Shown one piece after another: positions 9,997 to 19,674 of a DNA stretch of 64,000 nt. Below the pieces are notes generated by a model, which was not told the DNA's origin, did not search any database, and saw nothing but the letters and a program-made list of their open reading frames with translations. Source of the DNA: Alphaproteobacteria bacterium (GTDB lineage: Bacteria > Pseudomonadota > Alphaproteobacteria > UBA7985); NCBI GenBank assembly GCA_965662775.1, contig CBFIIW010000015.1:6946-70945 (forward strand), written 5' to 3'. Numbering within the stretch: position 1 is the stretch's first letter; each line of letters starts with the position of its first letter. A program made the position numbers and the translations under genes.

Positions 9997-10491
9997 ATGC
10001 GTTTGAATGAACTGCGCGACAATCCGGGCGCGCTCAAGGTCAAGAAACGGGTCGGTCGGGGTATCGGCTCTGGCAAGGGCAAGACCGCCGGTCGTGGCCA
10101 CAAGGGTCTGAAGGCCCGCTCTGGTGCTTCAATTAACGGTTTTGAGGGTGGTCAGATGCCGCTCTACCGGCGGCTGCCGAAGCGTGGCTTCTCCAACCAG
10201 CCGTTTAAGAAGGATCTGGTTGAGGTCAACGTAGGCCGCATTCAGCAGGCCGTTGACGCAGGCAAGCTGGACGCCAAGGCTACCGTTGACGCGGCTGCGC
10301 TGATCGCTGCTGGCGTGATCCGTCGTGAGCGCGATGGTGTTTCACTGCTGAGCAATGGTGAACTGAGCACGAAGCTTGACCTGCACGTCTTCCGCGCTTC
10401 CAAAGGCGCAGCGGAGGCGGTGGAGAAGGCTGGTGGCAGTCTCAAGACCGACTACGTACCCAAGCGAAAGCGCGAGCGGGGCGGGAAGTAA
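9997..10491 (+). CDS. rplO: 50S ribosomal protein L15
   Basis: [30 protein letters not shown]. The internal ATG at 9997 is chosen over the longer ORF start at 9949. Confidence 0.95.
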   Translation: MRLNELRDNPGALKVKKRVGRGIGSGKGKTAGRGHKGLKARSGASINGFEGGQMPLYRRLPKRGFSNQPFKKDLVEVNVGRIQQAVDAGKLDAKATVDAAALIAAGVIRRERDGVSLLSNGELSTKLDLHVFRASKGAAEAVEKAGGSLKTDYVPKRKRERGGK

Positions 10492-10655
10492 TACGGCGGC
10501 TGAGGCACGCCGGTGTTGAACCGGCGCAAACCTTGGCTTAATTACCGGCAGTGACGCAAAAGCAACGAGGCTGATGTCGTGTCAGCCTTGTCTGTCTCCG
10601 GGGCCTGTCGATCCGGATGGTCAGACGCACAACACGCAAGGGCGGGAGTGTTTGA

Positions 10656-12113
10656 ATGACATCTGCAGCTGAGCAGCTCGCGCAGAATTTTTCCTGGAGC
10701 ACCTTCAGCAAGGCGCGTGATCTGCAGCAAAGGCTGTTGTTCACCCTTGGCGCCCTGATCGTTTTCCGGTTCGGTATCTTCATTCCACTGCCTGGAATTG
10801 ATGTTGAGGTCTATCGTGCTGCGTATGGCGGAGACGATGACTCCGCCTTTCAGGCGCTCTTGCAGCAGATCAACCTGTTTGCCGGCGGTGCGTTGGAAAA
10901 CCTGTCGATCTTTTCGCTGTCGATTTTCCCCTACATTTCAGCGTCGATCATCATGCAGCTCATGCGCACGGTGATTCCTGAGTTTGAACGTTTGCAGAAA
11001 GAAGGCGAGTCTGGTCGACGCAAGATGAACCAGTACACGCGTTATCTGACTGTGATGATCGCTTTGTTCCAGGCGCTGGGGATCGCGGTCCTGCTGGAAA
11101 ACTTCCCAGGTGTGGATCTGGTAATGAACGGCGGGTTTATCTTCCGCATTACCACAATGGTCACGTTGACCGGCGGTACGGTCTTCCTGATGTGGTTGGG
11201 TGAGCAGATCACAGCCCGTGGGGTCGGTAACGGTATTTCACTGCTGATTTTTGCGGGTATTGTTGCGTCGATGCCCAGCGCGTTGTGGAACCTGCTGCGG
11301 AGTCTTCGCGAGGATGCTTCGGCGCTTCAGGCGCTCGGCGTTTTGGCGATCCTGATTGTCTCGTTGGCCATGGTTGTGCTGATCGTCTACGTCGAACGCG
11401 CACAGCGCAAGGTGCCGATCCAGTACCCAAGCCGGACGGCCGGTAACAAGCAGTTCCAGGGCCAGACGTCCTTTATCCCAATGAAGATAAATGCAGCAGG
11501 CGTGATCCCGGCCATCTTCGCGTCGACCATTGTGACCCTGCCGCTGCTGGGTGCGACCTTCGGCGATAGCCTGGCGGACAACGTTAACCCGGTTCTGGCG
11601 GGCATCGGTGCCGGTATGAACTGGTTTGCCGCCAACTTCCGCGCTGGTGAATGGCCTTACCTGTTGCTGTTGGTGGCTTTTGTAGTCTTCTTCACGTTCT
11701 TCTACACGGCCATCGTATTCAACCCAGAAGACACAGCACGCAATCTGAAGGAGTACGGTGGTTTCATTCCTGGCGTACGCCCGGGGAAGCAGACAGTTGC
11801 CTATCTGGATATCATCCTGTCACGGCTGACGGTCATCGGTGCGTCGTACCTTGCCTTTGTGGTTGCAGTGCCTGAACTGGCCAGGGTCATTGTGCAATCG
11901 AACTCCACCGGGTTAATCGTACCGATATTCCTTGGCGGGACGTCGCTGCTCATTATGGTAACGGTGTCGATTGACTTCGTCAGCCAAGTGCAGACCCAAC
12001 TGATGGCTGCTCAGTATGAGACGCTGCTGAAGCGCAACCAACAGGGGGGTCGGACCAAGCGGCGGGATACCAAGTCAAGCCGCCGTTCCCGTCGCCTGAA
12101 GCAAGACAAGTAA
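10656..12113 (+). CDS. secY: Preprotein translocase subunit SecY, with a basic C-terminal extension
   Basis: Ten-TM pattern, GIFIPLPGID and LFAGGALENLSIFSLSIFPYISASII motifs, 485 aa. Confidence 0.96.
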   Translation: MTSAAEQLAQNFSWSTFSKARDLQQRLLFTLGALIVFRFGIFIPLPGIDVEVYRAAYGGDDDSAFQALLQQINLFAGGALENLSIFSLSIFPYISASIIMQLMRTVIPEFERLQKEGESGRRKMNQYTRYLTVMIALFQALGIAVLLENFPGVDLVMNGGFIFRITTMVTLTGGTVFLMWLGEQITARGVGNGISLLIFAGIVASMPSALWNLLRSLREDASALQALGVLAILIVSLAMVVLIVYVERAQRKVPIQYPSRTAGNKQFQGQTSFIPMKINAAGVIPAIFASTIVTLPLLGATFGDSLADNVNPVLAGIGAGMNWFAANFRAGEWPYLLLLVAFVVFFTFFYTAIVFNPEDTARNLKEYGGFIPGVRPGKQTVAYLDIILSRLTVIGASYLAFVVAVPELARVIVQSNSTGLIVPIFLGGTSLLIMVTVSIDFVSQVQTQLMAAQYETLLKRNQQGGRTKRRDTKSSRRSRRLKQDK

Positions 12114-12149
12114 ATTCTGCCGTGTCAGGCGGGCGAAAGGTTCAGGACA

Positions 12150-12797
12150 ATGAACATAATTCTGCTCGGAGCGCCCGGTGCCGGAAAGGGAACGCAGGCG
12201 AAGATCCTCGTTGCTGAGCGTGGCATGGTGCAACTCTCTACTGGCGATATGCTGAGGGCTGTTCGGGCTTCGGGCTCGGAACTGGGTAAGCGCTTCGGTG
12301 AAGTGATGGATCGCGGCGAACTGATCCCCGATGCCATGATGATTGAGATGATTGACGCTCGGCTGGACGAGCCCGATTGCCGAAATGGTGCGATCTTTGA
12401 CGGCTTCCCCCGGACGAGCGGGCAGGCTGAGGCGCTCGACGAGATGCTGCGACGCAAGAACCTGCCGCTGAAGGCTGTGATCGAGATGACGGTGGACGAA
12501 AACGCGCTCGTCGACCGGATCACGGGGCGTTACTCCTGCGAAAACTGCGGCGCGGGCTACCACGATGTTTACCAACGCCCTTCGGTTGATGGGGTCTGTG
12601 ATGCCTGTGGTCATACCACGTTCAAGCGGCGGCCGGATGATAATGCGCAGACAGTGCGCGATCGTCTGACCGTCTACCGCCGCGATACCGCACCGATCAT
12701 CCCGCACTATGACGCGCAGGGCTTAATCCAGCGTGTCGACGGCATGGCCGACATCGACGACGTACGCGCGGCAATTGCCGCAATCATGGACGAATGA
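12150..12797 (+). CDS. adk: Adenylate kinase (long type with a Cys4 lid)
   Basis: MNIILLGAPGAGKGTQA; lid CENCGAGYH..CDACGH. Confidence 0.96.
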   Translation: MNIILLGAPGAGKGTQAKILVAERGMVQLSTGDMLRAVRASGSELGKRFGEVMDRGELIPDAMMIEMIDARLDEPDCRNGAIFDGFPRTSGQAEALDEMLRRKNLPLKAVIEMTVDENALVDRITGRYSCENCGAGYHDVYQRPSVDGVCDACGHTTFKRRPDDNAQTVRDRLTVYRRDTAPIIPHYDAQGLIQRVDGMADIDDVRAAIAAIMDE

Positions 12798-12885
12798 GGG
12801 CTCATTGGGCCTGTGTTGGCGCGTCCCTTCGCTGGGCGCGGTGCTGGCCTTCGGAATTTGCGTCCACGGATAACCCGTGGGGTCA

Positions 12886-12914
12886 TTGACAGTTTGTGAA
12901 GGGACTTCTAAACC
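12886..12914 (+). promoter_or_regulatory. Putative sigma70-type promoter of the alpha operon (TTGACA-N17-TAAACC)
   Basis: A perfect -35 hexamer, a 17-nt spacer and a TAAACC -10 about 75 nt upstream of the rpsM GTG. Not validated. Confidence 0.4.
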
Positions 12915-12988
12915 GACCGCTACACAAGTGGCAGTCCCGGGAACCGTGGCTGCCGCTTTGACTTTTGTGCTTAGTGAGGAGACCCAGT

Positions 12989-13357
12989 GTGGCTCGTATT
13001 GCAGGGGTAAACATCCCTACCGACAAGCGTGTACACATCGCTCTGACGTACATCCACGGTATCGGCAACACCAAGGCGAAGGAAATCACCACCGCCTTGG
13101 GCATTGACGAAATGTCCCGTGTGAACCAGCTCAGCGACGATCAGGTGGTGGCAATCCGTGAAAAGATTGATGCCGACTATCTGGTAGAAGGTGAGTTGCG
13201 TACTCAAGTTCGCATGAACATCAAGCGTCTGCAGGACATGAAATGCTACCGCGGCTTGCGCCACCGTCGCAAGCTTCCGGTTCGTGGCCAGCGGACCCGG
13301 TGCAACGCCCGCACTCGTAAAGGCAAGGCCGTCGCGATCGCCGGTAAGAAGAAGTAG
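12989..13357 (+). CDS. rpsM: 30S ribosomal protein S13
   Basis: GTG start giving (M)[14 protein letters not shown].., with GAGGAG 8 nt upstream. The ORF-track start at 12965 adds non-homologous residues. Confidence 0.95.
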   Translation: MARIAGVNIPTDKRVHIALTYIHGIGNTKAKEITTALGIDEMSRVNQLSDDQVVAIREKIDADYLVEGELRTQVRMNIKRLQDMKCYRGLRHRRKLPVRGQRTRCNARTRKGKAVAIAGKKK

Positions 13358-13490
13358 GGACAGACTTGGCGCCTTTGGCAAAACTCCGATATAGGGGTGA
13401 CGCCGGCGGCAGCTCGTCTGTTCAGTTAATTTCGATGATATAGCACCCGGTGGGACCGGTGCTGTGTAGAAACTTTGAAAGGATGTCCCA

Positions 13491-13880
13491 ATGGCACAGC
13501 CAAGTCGCGGTTTGCGTCGTCGCGAGCGGAAGAACATTACCAACGGGGTCGCGCACGTTAATTCGACCTTTAACAACACGATTATCACGATCTCAGATGT
13601 GCAAGGTAACGTGATTTCGTGGTCTTCTGCTGGCGGGCAGGGGTTCAAAGGGTCGCGGAAATCTACCCCCTATGCTGCGCAGGTGGCTGCAGAAGATGCA
13701 GGCCGCAAAGCTCAAGATCACGGCATGAAGTCGCTCGACGTGAATGTGAAGGGTCCTGGGTCTGGGCGTGAATCCGCACTGCGCGCACTGCAGGCAATTG
13801 GCTTCACCATTACCTCGATCCGTGACGTAACCCCCGTTCCGCATAACGGCTGTCGCCCACGGAAACAGCGCCGGGTCTAA
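13491..13880 (+). CDS. rpsK: 30S ribosomal protein S11
   Basis: [44 protein letters not shown]. Confidence 0.97.
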   Translation: MAQPSRGLRRRERKNITNGVAHVNSTFNNTIITISDVQGNVISWSSAGGQGFKGSRKSTPYAAQVAAEDAGRKAQDHGMKSLDVNVKGPGSGRESALRALQAIGFTITSIRDVTPVPHNGCRPRKQRRV

Positions 13881-13997
13881 GACCCTCGACGCCTTGTTCC
13901 TCCGCTGCCTTTACCAGCGTTGGATCTACACTATTTTTGCCGGTTGTGCCTGGTAAGTGGTCGCTGGCGTTTTTGGAAATTAAGAGGTAACTGCCGC

Positions 13998-15014
13998 ATG
14001 CAGAGCAACTGGACGGACCTGATTAAGCCAACGGCTCTTGATGTCACCCCCGGGGATGAGCCGCTGCGCCAGGCAACCGTAATCGCGGAACCCCTCGAGC
14101 GAGGCTTTGGGCGCACACTGGGCAACGCCCTGCGCAGAATCCTTATGTCGTCACTGCGTGGTGCAGCCGTTACGGCAATACAGATCGATGGTGTCTTGCA
14201 CGAGTTTTCGTCAGTCGCGGGTGTTCGCGAAGACGTCACCGACGTTATCCTGAACATCAAGGCACTTGCGCTGAAGCTGCACGCCGACGGCGCAAAGAAG
14301 TTCCGCCTGCGTGGTCAGGGCCCGGGTGAGATTACCGCTGGCATGATCGACGGTGGGGCCGATCTTGAAATCATGAACCCTGACTTGGTCATCTGCACCC
14401 TCGATGATGGTGCTGTTCTGTCCATGGAAATCACCGTTGACCACGGTAAAGGCTATCGCCCGGCGGCGTCTAACCGCCCGGAAGATGCGCCGATTGGCCT
14501 GATTCCTGTCGACAGTCTGTTCTCCCCGATCAACACCGTTTCCTATCAGGTCGAAAACACGCGTGTGGGTCAGCAAACCGATTATGACAAGCTGACCATG
14601 CAGGTTGAGACCAACGGTGCCGTGAACCCAGAAGATGCGCTTGCGTTGGCAGCACGCGTGCTTCAGGACCAGCTGCAGCTGTTTATCAACTTCGAAGAGC
14701 CGAGCCAGAATGTCGCTCAGCAGCCGGAGGAGAACGCGCTGCCCTTCAACCGCAACTTGCTGCGCAAGGTCGATGAGCTTGAGCTTTCGGTTCGCTCGGC
14801 AAATTGCTTGAAGAACGACAACATCGTTTACATCGGCGATCTGGTTCAGAAGACAGAAGCCGAAATGCTGCGTACGCCGAACTTCGGCCGGAAGTCGCTC
14901 AATGAGATCAAAGAAGTGCTGCTGCAAATGGGTCTCCATCTGGGTATGGAGATTCCGAACTGGCCACCGGAAAACATCGAAGACCTCGCCAAGCGCCTAG
15001 AGGAGCCCTTCTAA
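13998..15014 (+). CDS. rpoA: DNA-directed RNA polymerase subunit alpha
   Basis: The ATG at 13998 is preceded by AAGAGG. Motifs [17 protein letters not shown] and C-terminal domain [24 protein letters not shown]. Confidence 0.96.
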   Translation: MQSNWTDLIKPTALDVTPGDEPLRQATVIAEPLERGFGRTLGNALRRILMSSLRGAAVTAIQIDGVLHEFSSVAGVREDVTDVILNIKALALKLHADGAKKFRLRGQGPGEITAGMIDGGADLEIMNPDLVICTLDDGAVLSMEITVDHGKGYRPAASNRPEDAPIGLIPVDSLFSPINTVSYQVENTRVGQQTDYDKLTMQVETNGAVNPEDALALAARVLQDQLQLFINFEEPSQNVAQQPEENALPFNRNLLRKVDELELSVRSANCLKNDNIVYIGDLVQKTEAEMLRTPNFGRKSLNEIKEVLLQMGLHLGMEIPNWPPENIEDLAKRLEEPF

Positions 15015-15240
15015 GGCACTTGCCCACAACCGCCGTTGACACTGTGTTGGTCCGGCGGGGCGTGAGCGAAAGCAAGACAAAAGGGGGCGTCTGCACCCCC
15101 GCCCGCCCGCCCGGGCCGCGCATGCGGTTCAACGGGAAGAGCAGAATGCAGGCCACTAAACTGGAAAACCATGGGGCCTCGGACCAGAGGCACCCAGGCG
15201 GCGCACAAGCGCTAACAACACGTGAATAAGGAGTTGTACC

Positions 15241-15678
15241 ATGCGGCACCGCATGTCTGGGCGTAAGCTCAACCGGACCAGCACCCACCGTAAGGCCATG
15301 TTCGCCAACATGGCAGCGGCATTGATTAAGCACGAACAGATCAAAACCACTCTGCCTAAAGCCAAGGACCTGCGCCGCTACGTTGAGCGCCTGATTACAC
15401 TGGGCAAGAAGGGTACACTGGCGGCTCGGCGTCAGGCGCTGTCTCAGCTGCACAATGATACGGCAATGGCGAGTAAGCTGTTTGATGAACTAGCGGGCCG
15501 TTACGAAAATCGCGATGGTGGTTACACTCGCGTTCTGAAGGCTGGCTTCCGCTACGGTGATATGGCGCCGATGGCCTTTATCGAATTGGTAGATCGCGAT
15601 CCCGACGCCAAGGGTCAGGATAGTGGCCCGACTATGTATGACGACGATGATGAAGACTTCGAAGACGACGACGAATAG
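15241..15678 (+). CDS. rplQ: 50S ribosomal protein L17 with an acidic C-terminal tail
   Basis: [25 protein letters not shown]..; the SD AAGGAG lies upstream. Confidence 0.96.
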   Translation: MRHRMSGRKLNRTSTHRKAMFANMAAALIKHEQIKTTLPKAKDLRRYVERLITLGKKGTLAARRQALSQLHNDTAMASKLFDELAGRYENRDGGYTRVLKAGFRYGDMAPMAFIELVDRDPDAKGQDSGPTMYDDDDEDFEDDDE

Positions 15679-15696
15679 GGCGCCCTCTTCGCATCC

Positions 15697-16323
15697 ATGG
15701 TCATCCAGCCAACACGGGCTGCCGGTCCTGTTGTGAAGGCGCTTAGACCCTTGCTGGGGCTGATCTCTCTGTTGCTGGTGGTTGCGGGTTTTGGCCTTTG
15801 GGCGTTTCAGGCCCCACCGCCGCCGGACAAACCTTTACAAATCGGGGGTGATTTCACCCTGATCAGCGGTGCAGGTGAAGTCGTTGATACGGCTGTCGCC
15901 TTTGCCGGCCGCCCTATGCTTGTCACCTTCGGGTACACGACCTGCCCGGATATGTGTCCCACCAGCCTGCTCGACATGGTTATGGCCGCTGAGCAGACGG
16001 CGGTTGATGAAGCCGTTGTTTTCATCAGCATTGATCCGGCTCGCGACACGCCAGCGGTACTGGCGGCCTTTACGGCACTGTTTTCCGACGAGCTCACCGG
16101 GTTTACAGGTTCGTCAGCGGCGGTCGAGGCGGTCAAGTCAGAATGGGCGGTTTATGCCGCCCGCCACGACGAAGCGGCCTTTACCGACTATCTGATGGAC
16201 CACACCACGCTGATTTTCCTCACGGACGCCGATCATCGGGTGGTCGAGAGCTTTCGCAGCGGCGTGGGCGCGGATGCTTTGGCACAGGCAATCAGTGCGC
16301 GTTTGTTCTCTCCCATGGGCTAA
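15697..16323 (+). CDS. SCO1/SenC family copper chaperone (thioredoxin fold)
   Basis: N-terminal TM segment and the FGYTTCPDMCPTSL CxxxC motif with a downstream His (DHT). Confidence 0.85.
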   Translation: MVIQPTRAAGPVVKALRPLLGLISLLLVVAGFGLWAFQAPPPPDKPLQIGGDFTLISGAGEVVDTAVAFAGRPMLVTFGYTTCPDMCPTSLLDMVMAAEQTAVDEAVVFISIDPARDTPAVLAAFTALFSDELTGFTGSSAAVEAVKSEWAVYAARHDEAAFTDYLMDHTTLIFLTDADHRVVESFRSGVGADALAQAISARLFSPMG

Positions 16324-16365
16324 AGTACGGTCGTCGGCCATGGTCAGTGGTTAAGCGGCGGTGTG

Positions 16366-17475
16366 TCAGGCTTTGGCCCCCCGGCGGCGGCACCAGTGTC
16401 GGATCCGCTTGCCGGCGTCGCGACCAGACAACCAAGCGGACTGAACCCCAAGATAAGGGGAGGCCGGTGGTCTGATCCAGTCACCGGCCAGACCCAACCC
16501 TGTTTCCGGGTCAAACAGGCTGTATTCGATTGTCGCCTTGGCGCTGCCGAAACCTGTGCCATACCCCGTTGCAGGTAGGGCTGCCTCATTCCGCTTCGTT
16601 TCCCCTTCAGATTCAGCTTCGGCTCGGGCGTGAGCATAAAGCCAGCGGTGAGCCTGCGCAAAGATAACCCGGGGCAGGGGCGCGTCGAGGTGATAAGCCA
16701 GCGCTGCAAGAAAGTCATCGACTACGGCGTCTTTTGGGTGGTCCAGAAACTGCTCGGTTATGTCAGGTGCGGCGTGCATAACCCAGGTTTCCTGCTCCCT
16801 GATACGGCCAGGCTTACTGCTATTGCGCAGGGCGTAGTCCAGAGGTTCGCCATCGAGCACGAGCGCGTCACTGTCCGTGGGCACGCGTCCGTCAAAGGCT
16901 ACCATGACGGTCCAGGCTGCTCGCATCCGCACCGGGCGTCGGAACCAATGATCTGGCACGAGACCCGTATCCAGACCAGACTGCAGCAGGCGTTGTGCCT
17001 GGTCCGGGGGGCAGGTGATCAGCACCGCGGCGAAGTCGCCCAGTGTTTCGCTCTCGGTGTCGAAGAGCCGCCAGGCGCCGTCTGGCTGGCGTTCGATCCG
17101 GTCGACCGTGACCCGCCGGGTAATGTCCAAACCTGTGGCAAGCCGCTGCGGGATTGCATTCATATCGGGCGTCCCGGTAAACAGCCTCAGACCGGCGGGG
17201 AAGCCTGTGGCGGCTTTTGGTTTCCAGTTCTGCAGTGCCGCGCCCATCATCCAACGGCGCATCGTCCACCTAAAGTCATTACTGCTGGCCGCGATAAACG
17301 GCGCGCCGTGGTCAAAGGCCAGTCCATCGCGGCGCCGTGTCGCACAGCGTCCACCCACATTCTGTCCCTTGTCGAACAGTTGCACGTCCAGCCCGCCGGC
17401 CTGATACAGGCGTGCTGCCGTCAATCCGGCAATGCCGGCGCCGATGATGGCGAGGCGTGTAGATTGAGGTTTCAC
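16366..17475 (-). CDS. NAD(P)/FAD-dependent oxidoreductase (COG3380-like amine-oxidase fold)
   Basis: N-terminal Rossmann motif LAIIGAGIAGLTAA..LFDKGQNVGGR; GTG start. Confidence 0.7.
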   Translation of the reverse strand: MKPQSTRLAIIGAGIAGLTAARLYQAGGLDVQLFDKGQNVGGRCATRRRDGLAFDHGAPFIAASSNDFRWTMRRWMMGAALQNWKPKAATGFPAGLRLFTGTPDMNAIPQRLATGLDITRRVTVDRIERQPDGAWRLFDTESETLGDFAAVLITCPPDQAQRLLQSGLDTGLVPDHWFRRPVRMRAAWTVMVAFDGRVPTDSDALVLDGEPLDYALRNSSKPGRIREQETWVMHAAPDITEQFLDHPKDAVVDDFLAALAYHLDAPLPRVIFAQAHRWLYAHARAEAESEGETKRNEAALPATGYGTGFGSAKATIEYSLFDPETGLGLAGDWIRPPASPYLGVQSAWLSGRDAGKRIRHWCRRRGAKA

Positions 17476-17713
17476 AGCGGAGTCTTTAGCCTTGAACTAA
17501 CATAAACAGTCAATAATTCAGTAGTGTAGGAAAAGCAGTTCACTTTCAGCTTTATGTAATATACGATGTTAGTACATGATTTGGGCGCAAACTTGCGCTT
17601 TTTCTTAATTTAATAACGTCCGAGGTCTGCCTATCGCGCAGGCGCCGGATTATGGGCTGAGGCCGCCCCCCGGATTTTCAAAGGGGTGTCCAGCATTTGA
17701 CAGGAGTCAGGCC

Positions 17714-18601
17714 TTGAGTTTCATCGGCCAGTGGGTCCGCAGCGCGATGCTGTTGATCCTGTTTCTCATCATATTTGGTGGTCTCACAGCGTGTTCGCTG
17801 ATGGACGAGGATGCACCGGTGCAGGAGGAGGCGACGGTCACGCCCACCGTCAGTGCTGAGCGGGCTTACAACATGACTAAAGTCCGCCCTTATGGCCTTT
17901 ATCGTCAGGCTGGTCCGCAATGGGAAGAGCTGGAAATGACCCCGTCCGAATTGCACGAACCCGGTCGACGCTGCATCCGACAGAACAATTACTGGTGCGT
18001 AAAGACGCCCGCAGACCAGCAATGGAAGGGTCAGATCGGTGAAGACAAGTCTGGGCATGCCATTTTTGCTGATCCGGTTTACTCAGCCCGTGCCTTTGCC
18101 CGGCTCATGCGCAACTACCGTTTCAAGCACGAGTTGATCACCACGCGGCAGTTGGCCTTGCGCTACGCGCCGCCCAGTGACTGTATCGGTACACTCAGTT
18201 ACTGCCCACGGTCCGGTGCGAGCCAGATTCCACAGTCCTGGACCCGGGGGCTGATGGACGGCAAGACCGTCGCCTATACGGAGACCAAGCCGGGCACAGA
18301 TTTCTACCGCACGCAAACCTCTTCGTGCGCGACCCCAGTCCTCTATTGCCCGAAGGGGTTTAACGACAGCTTACTCTACGCCACCACTCTCGCTGAAGCC
18401 GTGGGCGCTTGGTCGATCGATCAGGATCTGGGGTTATTTGATGAAGAGGGGCTGCTGCACTACACCCGAGCGCAGTATCTGTATCAGGCGATGGCTCGCT
18501 ATGAATTAGGGCAAGACTATGCCGTTGACCCCGACCTCATCAAGCGCGGTATGGTGATGGAAGCTCAGGACTATCTGACCGACAAGGGCCGGCTGCACTG
18601 A
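17714..18601 (+). CDS. Hypothetical Cys-rich lipoprotein
   Basis: TTG start, hydrophobic signal sequence and lipobox LTAC at residues 24-27. The codon usage is GC-rich like the neighbours. I recognise no family with confidence. Confidence 0.6.
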   Translation: MSFIGQWVRSAMLLILFLIIFGGLTACSLMDEDAPVQEEATVTPTVSAERAYNMTKVRPYGLYRQAGPQWEELEMTPSELHEPGRRCIRQNNYWCVKTPADQQWKGQIGEDKSGHAIFADPVYSARAFARLMRNYRFKHELITTRQLALRYAPPSDCIGTLSYCPRSGASQIPQSWTRGLMDGKTVAYTETKPGTDFYRTQTSSCATPVLYCPKGFNDSLLYATTLAEAVGAWSIDQDLGLFDEEGLLHYTRAQYLYQAMARYELGQDYAVDPDLIKRGMVMEAQDYLTDKGRLH

Positions 18602-19627
18602 TCAAGCATTCGCAGCAAGGCTCAGGAAGGCATGAACGTCGGCTTCACGCGTGTTGAACGCAGTCACTAGACGAACCACGTCGGGTCCAACCTCAGGCCA
18701 ATCGTCGAATTCCGCGCCGGCGGCCCGCAGTCGTTCGGCCAGCGCGGGATGCATGGTTAGGAACATCTGATTGCCATCGGGCTGACGCAGAAGTTGCGCC
18801 CCTTCGATATCGGCAAGACCTTGCGCCAGTTGGCGCGCCATGGCGTTGGCATGGCGGGCATTTTCCAGCCAGAGATCGTCTCGCAGATAAGCGGCCAACG
18901 GGGCTGACAAGGTACGCATTTTGGAAAACAGTTGTCCGGCGCGTTTTCGCCGGAATTCCAGTTCGTCGGCGAGATCGGGGTCGAAGCAAACCACGATTTC
19001 ACCGGCCAGCGCGCCGTTCTTGGTTGCACCGAAAACCAGCACGTCCACCCCCAAGCGCCAAGTCATGTCAGCCGGTGTGCAGTTCAAGCCCGCAATGGCA
19101 TTGGAAAACCGCGCGCCGTCCATATGCACCCGCAGGCCGTGCTCACGCCCAATGGCGGTAAGTGTGCTGAGTTCGGCGAGGCTGTACGTAGCACCGCGCT
19201 CGTTCATTTGCGTGATGGATAGGGTTGAAGGCTGCGGGTGATGGACAATACCTTTGCCATAGATGGCAGCCCGGAGCTTGTCCGGGTCTATCTTGGCGTG
19301 CGCGCCATCAATGGTCATTAGCCGTGAGCCGCCGCTAGCCGCTTCGACTGCATTTGCCTCATCGACTGCGATATGACTGTCGCTGTGGCAGTATATGGCA
19401 CCCCATGGCGGGGTTAGAGCCGACAGGGCGAGGGCGTTCGCGCCGGTGCCGGTAGCAACCAACAGGGTGCGCAGGTTGTCGTGTTCAAAGATCTTGCGAC
19501 ACAGGTGTTCGACCTCCGCTGTATGCGGGTCACCGCCGTACGACGGCAGCGGCCGATCGTTGATGTCGGCAAGAGCCTGAAGCAGGGCAGGGCTTGTCCC
19601 TGCAACGTTGTCGGAAGCAAAGTTCAT
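18602..19627 (-). CDS. ltaE: Low-specificity L-threonine aldolase
   Basis: MNFASDN.. N-terminus and a PLP-fold pattern (GTGANALAL, FGATKNG). Confidence 0.85.
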   Translation of the reverse strand: MNFASDNVAGTSPALLQALADINDRPLPSYGGDPHTAEVEHLCRKIFEHDNLRTLLVATGTGANALALSALTPPWGAIYCHSDSHIAVDEANAVEAASGGSRLMTIDGAHAKIDPDKLRAAIYGKGIVHHPQPSTLSITQMNERGATYSLAELSTLTAIGREHGLRVHMDGARFSNAIAGLNCTPADMTWRLGVDVLVFGATKNGALAGEIVVCFDPDLADELEFRRKRAGQLFSKMRTLSAPLAAYLRDDLWLENARHANAMARQLAQGLADIEGAQLLRQPDGNQMFLTMHPALAERLRAAGAEFDDWPEVGPDVVRLVTAFNTREADVHAFLSLAANA

Positions 19628-19674
19628 CGGTAAGCCAGAGACTCAAGTGACGCTACATGAGAGATGTCTAACCC

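Noticed and set aside
12798-12988. A missing rpmJ (L36) gene between adk and rpsM, and a missing rpsD between rpsK and rpoA.
   Set aside because: Neither spacer has an ATG-initiated small ORF resembling L36 or S4. Their absence from the alpha operon is the usual alphaproteobacterial arrangement, not an anomaly.
15020-15229. A 69-aa ORF filling the rpoA-rplQ spacer, including an internal 35-aa ATG ORF ending just before the rplQ SD.
   Set aside because: It has a TTG start with no SD, an atypical composition and no recognisable motif. The region is more likely structured non-coding RNA.
17540-17580. A possible dif (XerC/D) site in the AT-rich island, TTTATGTAATATACGATGTTAGTA.
   Set aside because: Aligned by eye to the proteobacterial dif consensus (GCGCATAA-TGTATA-TTATGTTAAAT), it matches only about 6 of 11 positions in the XerD arm and essentially none in the XerC arm.
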